DNA from: the human T2T-CHM13v2.0 reference genome, Homo sapiens
Assembly: GCF_009914755.1 (NCBI RefSeq)
Contig: NC_060925.1
Length of the DNA stretch: 64,000 bases
Direction: 5' to 3' (one strand)
This document shows, piece after piece, positions 1 to 12,084 of this stretch; position 1 is the stretch's first letter, and every line of letters begins with the position of its first letter. Position numbers and translations under genes: made by a program. The notes under the pieces were generated by a model. That model searched no databases. It had not been told where the DNA came from and saw nothing but the letters and a program-made list of their open reading frames with translations.

Positions 1-1937
1 ACACCTTCAGTAAGGTTTCAGGATACAAAATCAACATACAAAAATCAGTAGCATTCTTATACACCAATAACATTCAAACTGAGAGTCACATCAAGAACAC
101 AATCCCGTTTATAATGGCACAGAAAAAAAAACCATAAAATGCTTAGGAATACATTGAACCAAGGAGGTGAAAGATATCTACAAGAATTACAAAACGCTGT
201 GGAAAAAAGATCAAAGATGACACACACAAATGCAAAAATATTCTATGCTCATGGATTGGAAGGATTAATATCACTAAAATGGCCACACTGCCCAAAGAAA
301 TCTACAGATTCAATGCTATTACTATCAAACTACCAATGTCATTTTTTACAGAATTGGAAAAATCTATTCCAAAATTTATATGGAACCAAAAAAGAGCTAA
401 ATAGTCAAAGCAATCCTAAGCAAAAAAATAACAAAGCCAGAGACATCATGTCTCCTGACTTCAAACTATAGTATAAGGCTACAGTAATCAACACAACATG
501 GTACTACTACAAAAACAGACACATAGACCAATGAAACAGATTAGAGAACCCAGAAATAAAGCTGCACATTTACAACCATCTGATCTTTGACAAAGTTAGT
601 AAAAATAAGCAATTAAGAAAAGACTTTCTAATCAATAATTGGCACTGGGATAACTGGCCAGCCATATGCGGAAGAATGAAACTGGATCCCTATTTCCACC
701 ATGTAGTTTTATAGTTCGGATTCTTATATTTACATCTTTAATTAAAGATTTAATATTTAAAGATTTATATATAAGACCCCAAACTATAAAAATCTTAGAA
801 GAAAACCTAGGAAATACCATTGTGGACATCAGCCTTAGCAAAGAATTTATGACTAAGTCCTCAAAAATAATTGAAACAAAAACAAAATTTGATAAGTGGG
901 ACCTAATTAAACTTAAAGAATTTTTGTGCAGCAAAATGAACTATCAACAGAATAAACAGACAACTTATAGAATGGGAGGAAATATTTGCAGACTATATGT
1001 TTGACAAAAGTCTAATATCCAGAATCTATAAGGAACTTAATTCAACAAGCAGAAAACAAAGAATCCTGTTTAAAAGTGGGCAAAGGACATTAACAGATAA
1101 TTCTCAAAGAAAACATACAAGCAGCTAACAAACATAGAAAAAAATGCTCAACACCACAAATTAGCAGAGAAATGCAAACCAAAACCACAATGAAATATCA
1201 TCTCACACCTGTAAGAATAATGACTATTACTAAAAAGATTTTTAAAAAAATAGCAGATTCAGGCAGGGCTGCAGAGAAAAGGGAATGCTTACACAGTGTT
1301 GGTGGGAGTGTAAATTAGTTCAGCCACTGTGAAAAGCAGTTTGGAGATTTCTCAAAAGAACTTAAAGCAGAGCTACTATTCAACCCAGCAATCTTATTAC
1401 TGGACATATATCCAAAGGAAAATAAATCGTTCCAAAAAAAAAAGATACATGCACTTGTATATTCATAACAGGACTATTTACAATAGCAAAGACATGGAAT
1501 CAACCTAGGTGCTCATCAGCAGTGGATTGGAAAAAGAAAATCTGATGCATATACACTGTGGAATACTGTGCAGCCATGAAACAGAATGCGATTATAGCCT
1601 TTGCAGAAACATGGATGCAACTGGAGGCCATTATTCTAGCTGAATTAATGCAAGAACAGACAACCAAATACCACAAACATGTTCTTGCTTATAAGTATGA
1701 GCTAAACACTGGGTACATATAGACATAAAGATGGAAACAATAGACACTGGAGACTACTGGGGGAGAAGGGGAGGGAGTCAAGGGCTGAAAAACTACCTAT
1801 TGGGTACTATGGTCACTACCTGGATGATGGGATCATTCATATCTGAAACCTCAGCGTCACCTAATATACTCATGAACAAACCTGCACATGTACCCTCTGA
1901 ATTTAACATAAAAGTTGAAATTATAAAAAATAAATAA
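1..1937 (+). mobile_element. LINE-1 3' portion (ORF2 C-terminus + 3'UTR), L1PB-type; continues off the left edge
   Basis: ORF2 remnants ([26 protein letters not shown]); 3'UTR ending ACAAACCTGCACATGTACCCTCTGAATTTAACATAAAAGTTGAAATTAT plus an A-rich tail; many stops and frameshifts. Confidence 0.93.
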
Positions 1938-3099
1938 TTAAAATGTTAAAAAATTTTTTGAAGAATCCTGCTTTTGCATTCTAGAACTTTTCAGAAACCG
2001 CAGCAGAGGTTCATTTTGTCCAGGCTTGGTGTAAATTAGCATCAAATAGATGGACTGAATTGCTCCATTTTGGTGTGGACAGTTATCAAGAGCTTGGAAA
2101 AGAAGTCTGTGCACAAGAGCCTGCAATATGCCAAGAGTCAGTCAGCTGAGAAGATCTTTTGTAAATATATACTTCGCTATGCAGAATTTCTTTTAGAGAT
2201 ACCGGACTACTTGGAATAAAGGAGATGTATCTGGGCCTCCACTTCAAACTCAAAACAAGATCTCATTCAAACACTAAAAATATTTGGCCAAGCTTGTTCC
2301 TAATAATGCCTCTGGATTTTGAGATTTGGGCCTGTCAGATCATAAACAACAGTGATTAAGTATCCACTAGGTACAATGTGTAAGTGAGATTGGGGTTCTA
2401 GGGGGAGGTACAAGAAAAGCTTATGATATGGTCCTTCACCTCTGAGAGCTTATGGCCCAGTGGAAAAAGGACTACCACATAATTGCTTACAAGAAATGCT
2501 GGACTAGAGCATGCTTTTAGCCAAATTGCTAAAAAAAAAAATAAAAAACAATTTCCAAAGTTGTTTAATCATCATGCTTGTTGGCAGTCTTTCCTTTCAA
2601 GAGTCCCTCCCTGCTTGCTTTGTATCTTACACAAAATCTCATGTGGCCTACTCAGGAGCCATGTATTCCAGAACACCGCCCACGGAACATACCCAGGTGC
2701 CTGCAGCCAAGAGCCGATATGTTCTCTATTTAATATTTATGATCTTCCATACTGGTAAAAGTCATTATTGTATTGTCATTAGAAAACTTTTCTGGCTAAA
2801 CAAAGCTGAGGGAAGTTGCTATTAACTTCTGAGACTAGAAACAAATGCAATATTGCTGATGGTTGTGCTTTCTAATTATTTGCAGATGACCTCAGCCATG
2901 TGAATGTACAGAGGGAATGCCAGACTTGAGCACTAGTTTTTCAGCATTAGGATTTTTTTTCTTTTTTCAAACCACCAAGTTTGTTTACTAGTCACTTTAA
3001 TCAAGATAACTAGGACAAAACAGAATAGAAACAGCAGTGACTGTGCAAAAAAAAGAAAACTGATTCACTATGAAGTGTCATAATCTTAAGTTTGGGTGG

Positions 3100-4760
3100 G
3101 ACACAGTAATCATTTGAAACATCCCTTCACCTTCAAGTAGGTCCATTCTTAGACTATCAAGACTTTCTCCCTCATTATATATATACATATCTTTATATAT
3201 TTTATGTGTAAATATATGTGTATGTTCATTTCCACTGCTGTACAGTAGTCCATTGCATGAATTCACATACCACAGTTTATTTATCTATTCCACTCTAAAT
3301 GGACATTTGGGTTGTTTCTAAGAACAACTACTGTATGGACATGCTGCCATAAACATTTTTATACTTGCATTCTGGTGCATGTGTTTCTCTCTAGCAGGGT
3401 TCTTAAAGGGTGATCCTTGGGAGGACCTCAAGACACTTTCATGGGGTCTGTGAGTGCAAAACAATTTTCATGATAATACTAAGACTTTATTTTCCCTTTC
3501 CACTTTCAGTCTTTCATGAATGTAGAATGGAATTTTCCAGAGGCTACATCACGTGCAACACTGTGCCAGACCAAAAGCAGAAGCAGATAGGAAAATCCAG
3601 CTTTCTTCTAGTAAGTCAGATATTAAAGAGATTTGTAAAACTAAAACTATGCTGTTTTTCCCCTAAAATTTGTCTTGCTATGGAAATAATTATTTTGATT
3701 AAAATGCTATTTAGGTTAACATCTAATTTTAATACTCTTATAACAACATTGTTATTTTAAATAAGTAGATATTTTAACTTTTTCTTATTTTTAGTGTCAA
3801 ATACAGTAAATGTCTATAGGTATAACCAACATAAACACAGCTTGTAATAATTTTTGAGAAAATTATTAAGTTTGAGGACCACTGCACTGGATCGTAAGGT
3901 ACATATCTCTTAAAATTTAATAGCTAATGCCAATCTGTTACTAAAGATGTTGGATGTTTCTTTCTCCCACCAGCAGCATATGAGAGTTTCCACTGCTTCA
4001 TATACTCAACGTCACTTGGTTTTGTCAGATTTCTGTCTTCAAATCTGATAGAATATTAACATATGTCATTACAGATTGGCTTTACATTTTTCTGATTGCT
4101 AATAAGATTGCATCCCTTTGACTTTCTTTTTATAAATTGCCTGTTGAAGTTTTTTGTGCATTGTTTTCTATTTAAGTGTCTGTCTTAATTTTGGACAGGT
4201 AAAAACTTGATATATTCTGAAATATAATTTTTTGGTCAATTATACATGCTGCAGGTATGTGTTAAAACACAATACTGATTATTTTTATAGTGTTTCTATG
4301 ATTTTCTTGATGAATGGAAGTATTTAATTTTACATAGTCAATTTATCAGTCTTTTACTTTATGGTTACTTGAAGAAATACTACCCTATCCAGCAATTATT
4401 CTTGTTTATTACTTCCTATAAGCTTTATATTTTTATTTTCAAATTTTGGCTTTAACCTTATCTGGAATTTACTTTTATGTGTGGTTTCATTTATAAGTCC
4501 ATTTTTATTTATTTCCCACTTGTATCCTCGATTGTCCTAGTATCATTTGTTGAAAATTTCCCCACTAATTTCTCATGCCGCCTTTGTCATACATCAGGTG
4601 TCAATCTATGATTTGTCTTGTTTCTGGGCCTTTTTATTGAGTCTCATTGGTCTATTTGTTTGTCCCTGTGCAAAACCACATTGTCTTAATTACTATGTCT
4701 TTGTAATACATCTGAATATATGATAAAGCAAGTTCTCACATTCTTCTTCTTTAAAAGTAT
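3100..4760 (-). mobile_element. Old L1M (L1ME/L1MD-like) 3' fragment, interrupted by a Charlie element
   Basis: Antisense L1 motifs GGACATTTGGGTTGTTTCT, TCCCACCAGCAGCATATGAGAGTTTCC, TGTCTTAATTACTATG; highly diverged. Confidence 0.75.
3395..3884 (+). mobile_element. hAT-Charlie non-autonomous DNA transposon (Charlie1-derived MER)
   Basis: TIR-like ends CAGGGTTCTTAAAG...TTTGAGGACCACTG; internal GCAGAAGCAGATAGGAAAATCCAGCT..AGATATTAAAGAGATTTG typical of the Charlie1 3' end. Confidence 0.75.
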
Positions 4761-5399
4761 CTTGTGTTCCTGACCCCCTCTTGTATTTTAATCTTATGCT
4801 ACTTCCCCCAACTAGTAATCACACAAAGTGTTGGACTAGTGCATTAAGCACAACAGTAGGAGAAATTTGTTGGTAGCAGATGAGTGCAGAAGTGAGCATT
4901 TAGGGCCCACAAAGGTTTTGTCTATTTCTAGTTTAAATGAAGAAATATGTCCATGAATTCTTTTAAGAATTAATTTTACCTATTAATAAACAAAATAAAT
5001 TGGGATGGGAAATTCCATTTGTTAGTCTTACTTGATTTATTGAGATGAGTCTGATAAGCTAATGAAATGGAAGCAAAGAAAGTGACAAGAAGACTTTCAT
5101 TCTTCTAAATCTGTGGCTAAATCCTTTATTTCCTCCAAGTTTTCATTACCATATGAGAGTCCAACTCAGCCAAAATGGCTGTGCCTTGAGGCATTTCTTC
5201 CTGGAGTGATTTGAGAAGAGAGAATAAGTAAATCACTTTTATATACCAGAACCTGCATCAGAGCTGGTGCACAGTAGGTCCCAATAAATAATGATTGTAT
5301 TATTTTCTTAATTACTGAATGACTTTGTCATGACTTAATTAGTGAATGACTTTGTCATTGAGTCAGAACCTTGCATTTCAAAAAAAGCCTCTAAATGTG

Positions 5400-5756
5400 T
5401 GCTATGGTCTGATGTTGGTGCCCCCCAAAATGCATATGTTGGAACTTAGTAGCCAATGTGAGAGTACTAAGAGGTAGGGCCTTTGGGCAGTGATTAAGTA
5501 ATGAGGGCTCCACCCTCAGGAAGCAAATTAGTGCCCATATAAAAGAGGCTCAAGAACGCTCCCTTACCCCTTCTGTCATGTGAGGACACAGCAACAAAGT
5601 GCCATCTATGAAGCAGAGAGCCTTCACCACACATTTTAACTGCTGGCACCTTGATCTTGGACTTCCCTGCCTCCAGAGCCGTGAGCAATAAATTTCTGTT
5701 GTTTTTAAATTACCCAGGCTAAAGTATTTTGTTATAGCAGCAGGAACAGACTCACA
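5400..5756 (+). mobile_element. MaLR solo LTR (MSTD/MSTC-like)
   Basis: TGCTATGGTCTG...GACTCACA ends; CTTGATCTTGGACTTCCC, AATAAA; 5-bp TSD ATGTG/ATATG. Confidence 0.88.
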
Positions 5757-6244
5757 ATATGCTTCTAAAAAATATATTCATTAAGATAAGATAAAATATT
5801 CAGGCCTCTCCCCATTTTAAAAAAAAATGGCTTTCCAATTCTACTATTAACCACACCAGGTTGGCATCTTCTTTTACAAATCTTCGTTTAGGAACTATTT
5901 CCTCACTAACTCTTCGTTCTTAATTCTGTGAAATTTGGCTTCCACCACTCTATTTCTCCAGTCACTGCTGGCTCAAAGGTTAATCTCCAAATTGTCAAAT
6001 TCAAAGCTTTTATTTTTAAATCTGAGGATAGGATCCTTTTTCAAGGATAACTACTTATAATATAATTATATTGTGAACCCCTCTTTTCCATGAATATTTT
6101 GTCTTTGGTGAACAAAGATTGTAAGTAGCACTGCGTATAGCTCAAATGCCAACATCTACATGAGACTTTCTCTAAGCACCCTGTTGAAGAATTATCTCAT
6201 CTTTCTTAGAAAACCTATGCGTTTGCCTGAACATATTTACCAAG

Positions 6245-6656
6245 TGTCATGGTTAATACTGTGTCAACTTGATTGGATTGAAGGATGTAATATTGATCCT
6301 GGGTGTGTCTGTGAGGATGTTACCAAAGGAGATTAACAGTTGAGTCCATGGGCTGGGGAAGGCAGATCCACCCTTAATCAGCTGCCAACGAATAAAAAGC
6401 AGGCAGAAAAACCTAAAAAGGCGAGATGGGCCTAGCCTCCCAGCCTACGTCTTTCTCCCATGCGGGATGCTTTGGGCCCTAGAACATTGGACTCCAAGTT
6501 CTTCAGTTTTGGGACTTGGACTGGCTCTCCTTGTTCCTCAGCTTGCAGACAGCCTATTGTGGGACCTTATAATCATGTAAGTTAATACTTAATAAACACC
6601 CATATAGATATATAGATATCCTATTAGTTCTGTTCCTCTAAGAGAACCCTAATACT
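6245..6656 (+). mobile_element. HERV-L solo LTR MLT2A (MLT2A1/2)
   Basis: TGTCATGGTTAATACTG..CAACTTGATTGGATTGAAGG start, CCTATTAGTTCTGT..GAGAACCCTAATAC end; perfect 5-bp TSD CCAAG at 6240-6244 and 6657-6661. Confidence 0.93.
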
Positions 6657-6734
6657 CCAAGTGTGATGCGTATTATACTGGTGTACTGTTAAATTAGTCA
6701 GTTTGTGAAAATCTCTAGCACCAAGTGAGATGAT

Positions 6735-6920
6735 GTACTATAATCCCTCATAATAAAGCATATTAGCATGTTAAAGGTTTCAATAAGCCTCACAAATAAA
6801 ATTGTTTAAGTTTGGTTCAGCATTTACAAAATCTTTGGCATAAAATCATTTTTCATTTGTAACACCTATTAACATCTCGGGGTCATAAATAGTGTATGAA
6901 ACATGATTTAGGAAATGCTA
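6735..6920 (+). mobile_element. MER103C-like hAT-Charlie fragment
   Basis: GTAACACCTATTAACATC and terminal TTTAGGAAATGCT resemble MER103C. Confidence 0.55.
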
Positions 6921-7374
6921 CTCTACTATTCATTTGACTTTTATGATTTGTGACATTTTAGTTACTTGCACACACAACTTTTCTCCCTCTCTAGAAGTGC
7001 CCTCGAAGTGGGGACCATGTCATACATACTTGTTATCCCCATGAAACCATGCTTTTCTCCCAAGGGCCACTAAAAAACAATTCAGGCACAGACAAAGCTA
7101 TAAGCCTGTAGTCCTGGACATTACGGAGGGATTACAATTCTGAATCTGAGGAATTTTATTTGTAATCCAGTAAGAATTACTGGCTTAAAGTCATAGTGAA
7201 AAGGTCAACTATTGTACTTGAGTTGAAACTGGAAATAACTGAGGGAGTCCAAACATGGTTTTAAGCTATGTCAAGATGGTTTAAGGAAAGAAAACATGAA
7301 ATAGTAAAGTTACATTCCTGGGTGTATAGGATGTGGCTGTTAGTAATGTATCCAGATTAGTGTGTTGCAGAAAA

Positions 7375-7550
7375 TTGCCCGTTGATCACATGCATCAGAA
7401 TTCCTTGGGGGAAGCTTGTTGAAACACAGGTTCCTGAATGCCATTGCAGACCCACTGAATTATTTGAGATTTGGATCCCATAGTACCTGCAAATTTGTTT
7501 TAATACAATTCCTAAATGATTTTATACCCATTGAAGTTTGAGAGCAAATG
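7375..7550. mobile_element. MER5-family (hAT-Charlie) element
   Basis: GCATCAGAATT..CTTGTTGAAACACAG..AGACCCACTGAAT..GAAGTTTGAGAGC. Confidence 0.6.
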
Positions 7551-7594
7551 TTGAAAATGTATAAGGCTTGGCATTTTCAAAGGAAATACTTTTC

Positions 7595-7850
7595 CCTTTA
7601 CATTTTAGGAAAGTCATTGCCTTAAGAGACAACATATTTATTCTAATGACATTGCTATTTCTCAATCCAAACTTTTTTTGGAAATACTCCTTTTGTGTTG
7701 CCATAACAGCTTCTAAAGCATTCTTTGGTATCTGCTTAGTGGTGCAAATCTGCACTTTTAAAGAGTGGATTTGAACGTTAGCAACTGCCACAGTCATGTA
7801 GGAGCATGTCTGGTGAGTGAGGTAAATGACCAAGCATATGCACATTTTCA
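7595..7850 (-). mobile_element. Ancient mariner transposase remnant (MARNA-like)
   Basis: Minus strand CCTCACTCACCAGACATGCTCC = degenerate YSPDLAP motif, followed by HSLKVQICTTKQIPKNALEAVMATQKEYFQKKF (ORF 7522..7908), resembling the mariner transposase C-terminus. Confidence 0.65.
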
Positions 7851-8519
7851 CAATCACTATATTTGTAATGAAAATTGTTAAAATGTTACATTTGTCTTGT
7901 TGAAACAAATATTTAAAATGTTATGTTTCTAAACAATCCTGAAAATACATTTATGCATTGCTGTTGTACCAGAAACATGCACACATAGACATCAATTCAA
8001 CATGAAGCCTCAAATTTCATCCATGTTGATGACTTTTAAGCACAGATGTTTTAGGATCAAGTTTGTATATAAAATAAAGAAAGCCAGAAGCCACAATGAA
8101 GGGGGTTCCTGGGGATTGTATCACCAATTTTTAAATAACACTTTCACTTGGTTATTGTTGCTTGATCTGATGAAAATCTATTGTTTTAAATATCTACTTT
8201 CTGTGTACTAATTTCTGTTTTGACCCCACGTTCTTTACTGGGTTCTTGGTTTCTGAGTCCTGGTGCCTCAAAGAAGTGCAGTTATTTGAACAACTCACTA
8301 CAGATTCATATTCTCCTGGCACCAAGGAGAGAATAGTAGTGACAAGTCATGAGCAAATCAGCATATAATTTGTTAGGTGTATGAATTAAATGCCATTGCA
8401 ACTTTCAAGGCCTTCTAAGTTCTAAACAAGTTCACAAAAATAATTTCACCATTACAAAAACAATCCAAACATCTCAAAACAGCTTTCCCTCAGTTAAATT
8501 TATTGTCAAACATCTTACA

Positions 8520-8740
8520 GAATCACTTAAGTTTTCTAAGCCTTAGTCTTGTCATACAGCAAATATACATAATAGTGAAATTGACTTTAAGGAATTTTTG
8601 AAAGAATTAAATAAAATAATGCAAGTAAACAGCTTACCATAATGAGTAACACGCTAACTGATCAAATGTTAGCAATTGTTACTATCGGCATGTAAAGCAA
8701 TTGGCACAGTACTTGGCTTATGTGGTTGAATAAATTATAT
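8520..8740 (+). mobile_element. MIR / L2 tail remnants
   Basis: CACTTAAGTTTTCTAAGCCTTAGT..AGAATTAAATAAAATAATGCA; TGGCACAGT..GTTGAATAAAT. Confidence 0.5.
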
Positions 8741-8794
8741 CTATTACTGTTGTTAATTTTTTAAAAACTAACTGATGAAAAGTCAGATTCTCGT

Positions 8795-10246
8795 TTTATT
8801 GATATGTATTACATATACATATTTTGGGGGCACATATGATAATTTGACATATTCATATAATCAAATCAGGGTAATTGGGATATTTATCACCCTAAATATT
8901 TATATTTTCTTTATGCTAAGATATTCTAATTATTCTCTTCGATCTCTTTGAAATGTATAATCAATTAATGTTAACTATAGTCACCCTACTGTTGTACTGA
9001 ACACAAGATCCTATTTCTTCTGGGTGCATGTTTATACTCATTAACCAATCTCTTTTCATACCCCCTCCTCACTACCCTTCCTGGCCTCTGATAACCATCA
9101 ATCTACTCTCTATTTTTATGAGATCCACTTTTATAAGTCACACAGATGAGTGAGAACATGTGATATTTGTCTTTGTGTGCTTGGCTTGTTTCACTTAACA
9201 TAATGACTTCCAGTTCCATCCATCTTGCTGCAAATTACAGAATTTCTTTTTTTATGGCTGAATAATATTTCATTGTAGATAGATAGATAGATCACATTGT
9301 ATACCACATCTATATACATCTCACATTTTCTTTATCCATTCACCCATTGACGACCACATAGTTTGATTCCATATTTTGGCTATGGTGAATAGTGCTGCAA
9401 TAAACACAGAAGTGCAGATATCTCTTTGATATATTGATTTTCTTTCTTTTGGAGATATACGCAATAGTGGAATTCCTGGATCATATGGTAGTTCTATTTT
9501 TAGTTTTCTGAGAAACCTCCATACTGTTCTCCACAGTGGCTGCACTCATGTACATTCCCAACAACAGTGGGAGGGTTCCCCTTTCTTTACATTGTTGCCG
9601 GTATCTGTTATTCTGTCTTTTGATAAAAGCCATTCTAACTGGGGTGAGATAATATCTCATTGTAGCTTTGATTGCATTTCCCTGATGATTAGTGATGTTG
9701 AGCATTTTTCATATACCTGTTGGTCATTTATATGTCTTCATTTGAGAAATGTCTATTCACATATTTTGCCCATTTTTAAATCGGATTATTTGTTTTTGTG
9801 CTATTGAGTTGTTTTAGCTCCTTATATATTCTGGTTTTGAATCCCTTGACAGATGGATAGTCTGCAAATATTTTCTTCCATTCTGTGGTTCTCTTCATTT
9901 TGCTGATTGTTTCCTTTGATGTGCAGAAGTGTTTTAGCTTGATATAATCTCATTTGCCTATTTTTGCTTTTGTTGCCTGTGCTTTTGAGGTCTTACACAA
10001 AAAATCTTTGCTCAGACCAATGTCCTGGAGCATTTTCCCAACATTTTCTTCTAGTGGTTTCATAGTGTTAGGTCTTAGATTTAAATATTTAATTCCTTTT
10101 TATTTGACTTGTGTATATCGTGAGAGATAGGGTCCTAGTTTTATTCTTCTGCATATGGATATACAGTTTTCCCAGCATCATTTATTTAAGAGGCTGTTCT
10201 TTCATCATTGTATGTTCTTGGCTCCTTCTTTGTTGAAAATGAGTTG
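8795..10246 (-). mobile_element. 5'-truncated L1MA (L1MA5-8-like)
   Basis: Antisense 3'UTR plus ORF2 C-terminus (QPLWRTVWRFLRKLKIELPYDPGIPLL); possible degenerate TSD AAGTCAGATTCT/AAGGAAGATTCT. Confidence 0.88.
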
Positions 10247-12084
10247 TAAGGAAGATTCTTTAATCAATAATTTAATTAACTCAGCCATACATCCCCCTAG
10301 AGTAGGCACAATACCAAATTATTTAGTTTTTGGACACTCTCTAATGTATTTTCTATCCTAAATAGATATTGTTAAAAGCATAGATTCCTATATGGAGCCT
10401 TACTTTTTGGTTAGGATTTGTCCATACATTAAAAAAAAATCACTGCATTCTGAAATTAGCTAAGACTTTAGTCAAGTACTTTCCCACCAGGGAAAAGACA
10501 GGAATTAAACTGAGACCTTACGCATTCAAATAAATGTTCGCAAGAGCTAAGGAATGCTTGGTGTGTTCACAACTAGTAAAAATAACCTAGGGTGAAGAAA
10601 GATGACTGAGTCATCTCATATTCCAGACCCACTTTTTAAAAATCCTAACTTGAAGGTCAAAAAAGTTCAGTAAACTTCTCATTTCTATTTTTTTCTCCTC
10701 CTCTTTCTTCCTTTCTTTGTTGCTTTCTTTCTTTTCTTTTTCTTTTTTTTTTTTTGTACTGTGCCCTCTGCCCTCTGCAATTCTTGGCTCTTACAAGAGT
10801 AGGGGAAAAACTGCCTAAATATCATGAGATAGGTGGCCCTCAGGGGTACTTCTTGTCAAGCAGGAAGTGCCAAAGATCTTGTAAAATGTCCAATACAAAT
10901 TTTATTTTGCAGACTCTAGAGGTTTGCATCTGGATACACATCTGCATTTTCTGGGTGCTGGGCCAAACTGAAACATTCAGTTTATCCATTGCTAATAAAC
11001 ATGTCAGCAGTTTCTTTGCTCTCACATCTGTTGTGAAAAATGTTATCTTTCCTGAAGTATATTTATTTTGTCTTTAATACCAGCTTTCATGGATTACAAA
11101 CTCAAGATATGCCTTCAGTTAACAAATTCAAAAGCATATGCTGGAAGGTGCCTCACTAGAGTGATGAGATAAATTAAAGATGTATATTATATCTTAGATT
11201 CTGAAGAGGAAATCAGTGTAAGGAATAACGATGACTCTCAGGAAGGTTATGTCAATTGAAACAAGTTGCCTGTTAATCAAGTTCATCTCAAAATCTATTC
11301 AAGGTACTCTATGCATCACAGCAATTCGACAAAATGTTTTAAAAATTTATCAGTTGTTTCATTATTAAGGCTGTCTTCAGTCAAGCAGATGACTTCCTTT
11401 CCTAAGGAAACCACCCCCAGGTACTTGCTTCTCCTTCTATATTCTCTAGAATACTTGCTTTACCCAACTCACTGATAGTGGGGCTATTAGAGAATCAAAT
11501 GAGGTTTTGCTTATTCAGATGTCTGAAAAAGAAAACTGTAAGTTATTATGTGAATGAAAAATAATTGCCAATATTTCTTCCTCTTTTTATTTTTTCATTT
11601 TATCTCATAGTCAAGTGTATTCATTTCAAGAATCCATTCCATCCTCAGCAATTCTATCTCCTTGTCTTCCCTTACTAATCGCTCACCCTGTCAAAATATT
11701 TAATCGGTGGGAAATTGTTATCTCTCTCATATAGGTAAAAATTGCATTTTTGGAAATTCACCAGTATGTAGTTTAAACAAGCAAGTAAGAAAATCTTAGT
11801 ATCAAATGTATGGTAATGTGATTAGGGCTGTCAAAGGCATATGTGTATCCTCTTCAGACTCTGATGTTATGGATATTCCTAATACCATATACCACCCTGT
11901 CGAACCCAAAGCTACTTTCTGCCCAACTGGGCAATAGCCAATCTCTGCTAAAGTCAGGGAGGGAATGGTGTGAAATTCCTTAACCTGTCACCTGTTCCTT
12001 CAGCAAACTGTGAACTCATTTATGAAGTTATTTGCTAAAGGATTAGAGCAATATCAGAAAGAAATGTACCATTGAAGGAATGGT

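Noticed and set aside
10685-10800. Long polypyrimidine tract as a splice acceptor or retrocopy tail
   Set aside because: No adjacent AG with a convincing exon, no TSD and no recognisable parent sequence.
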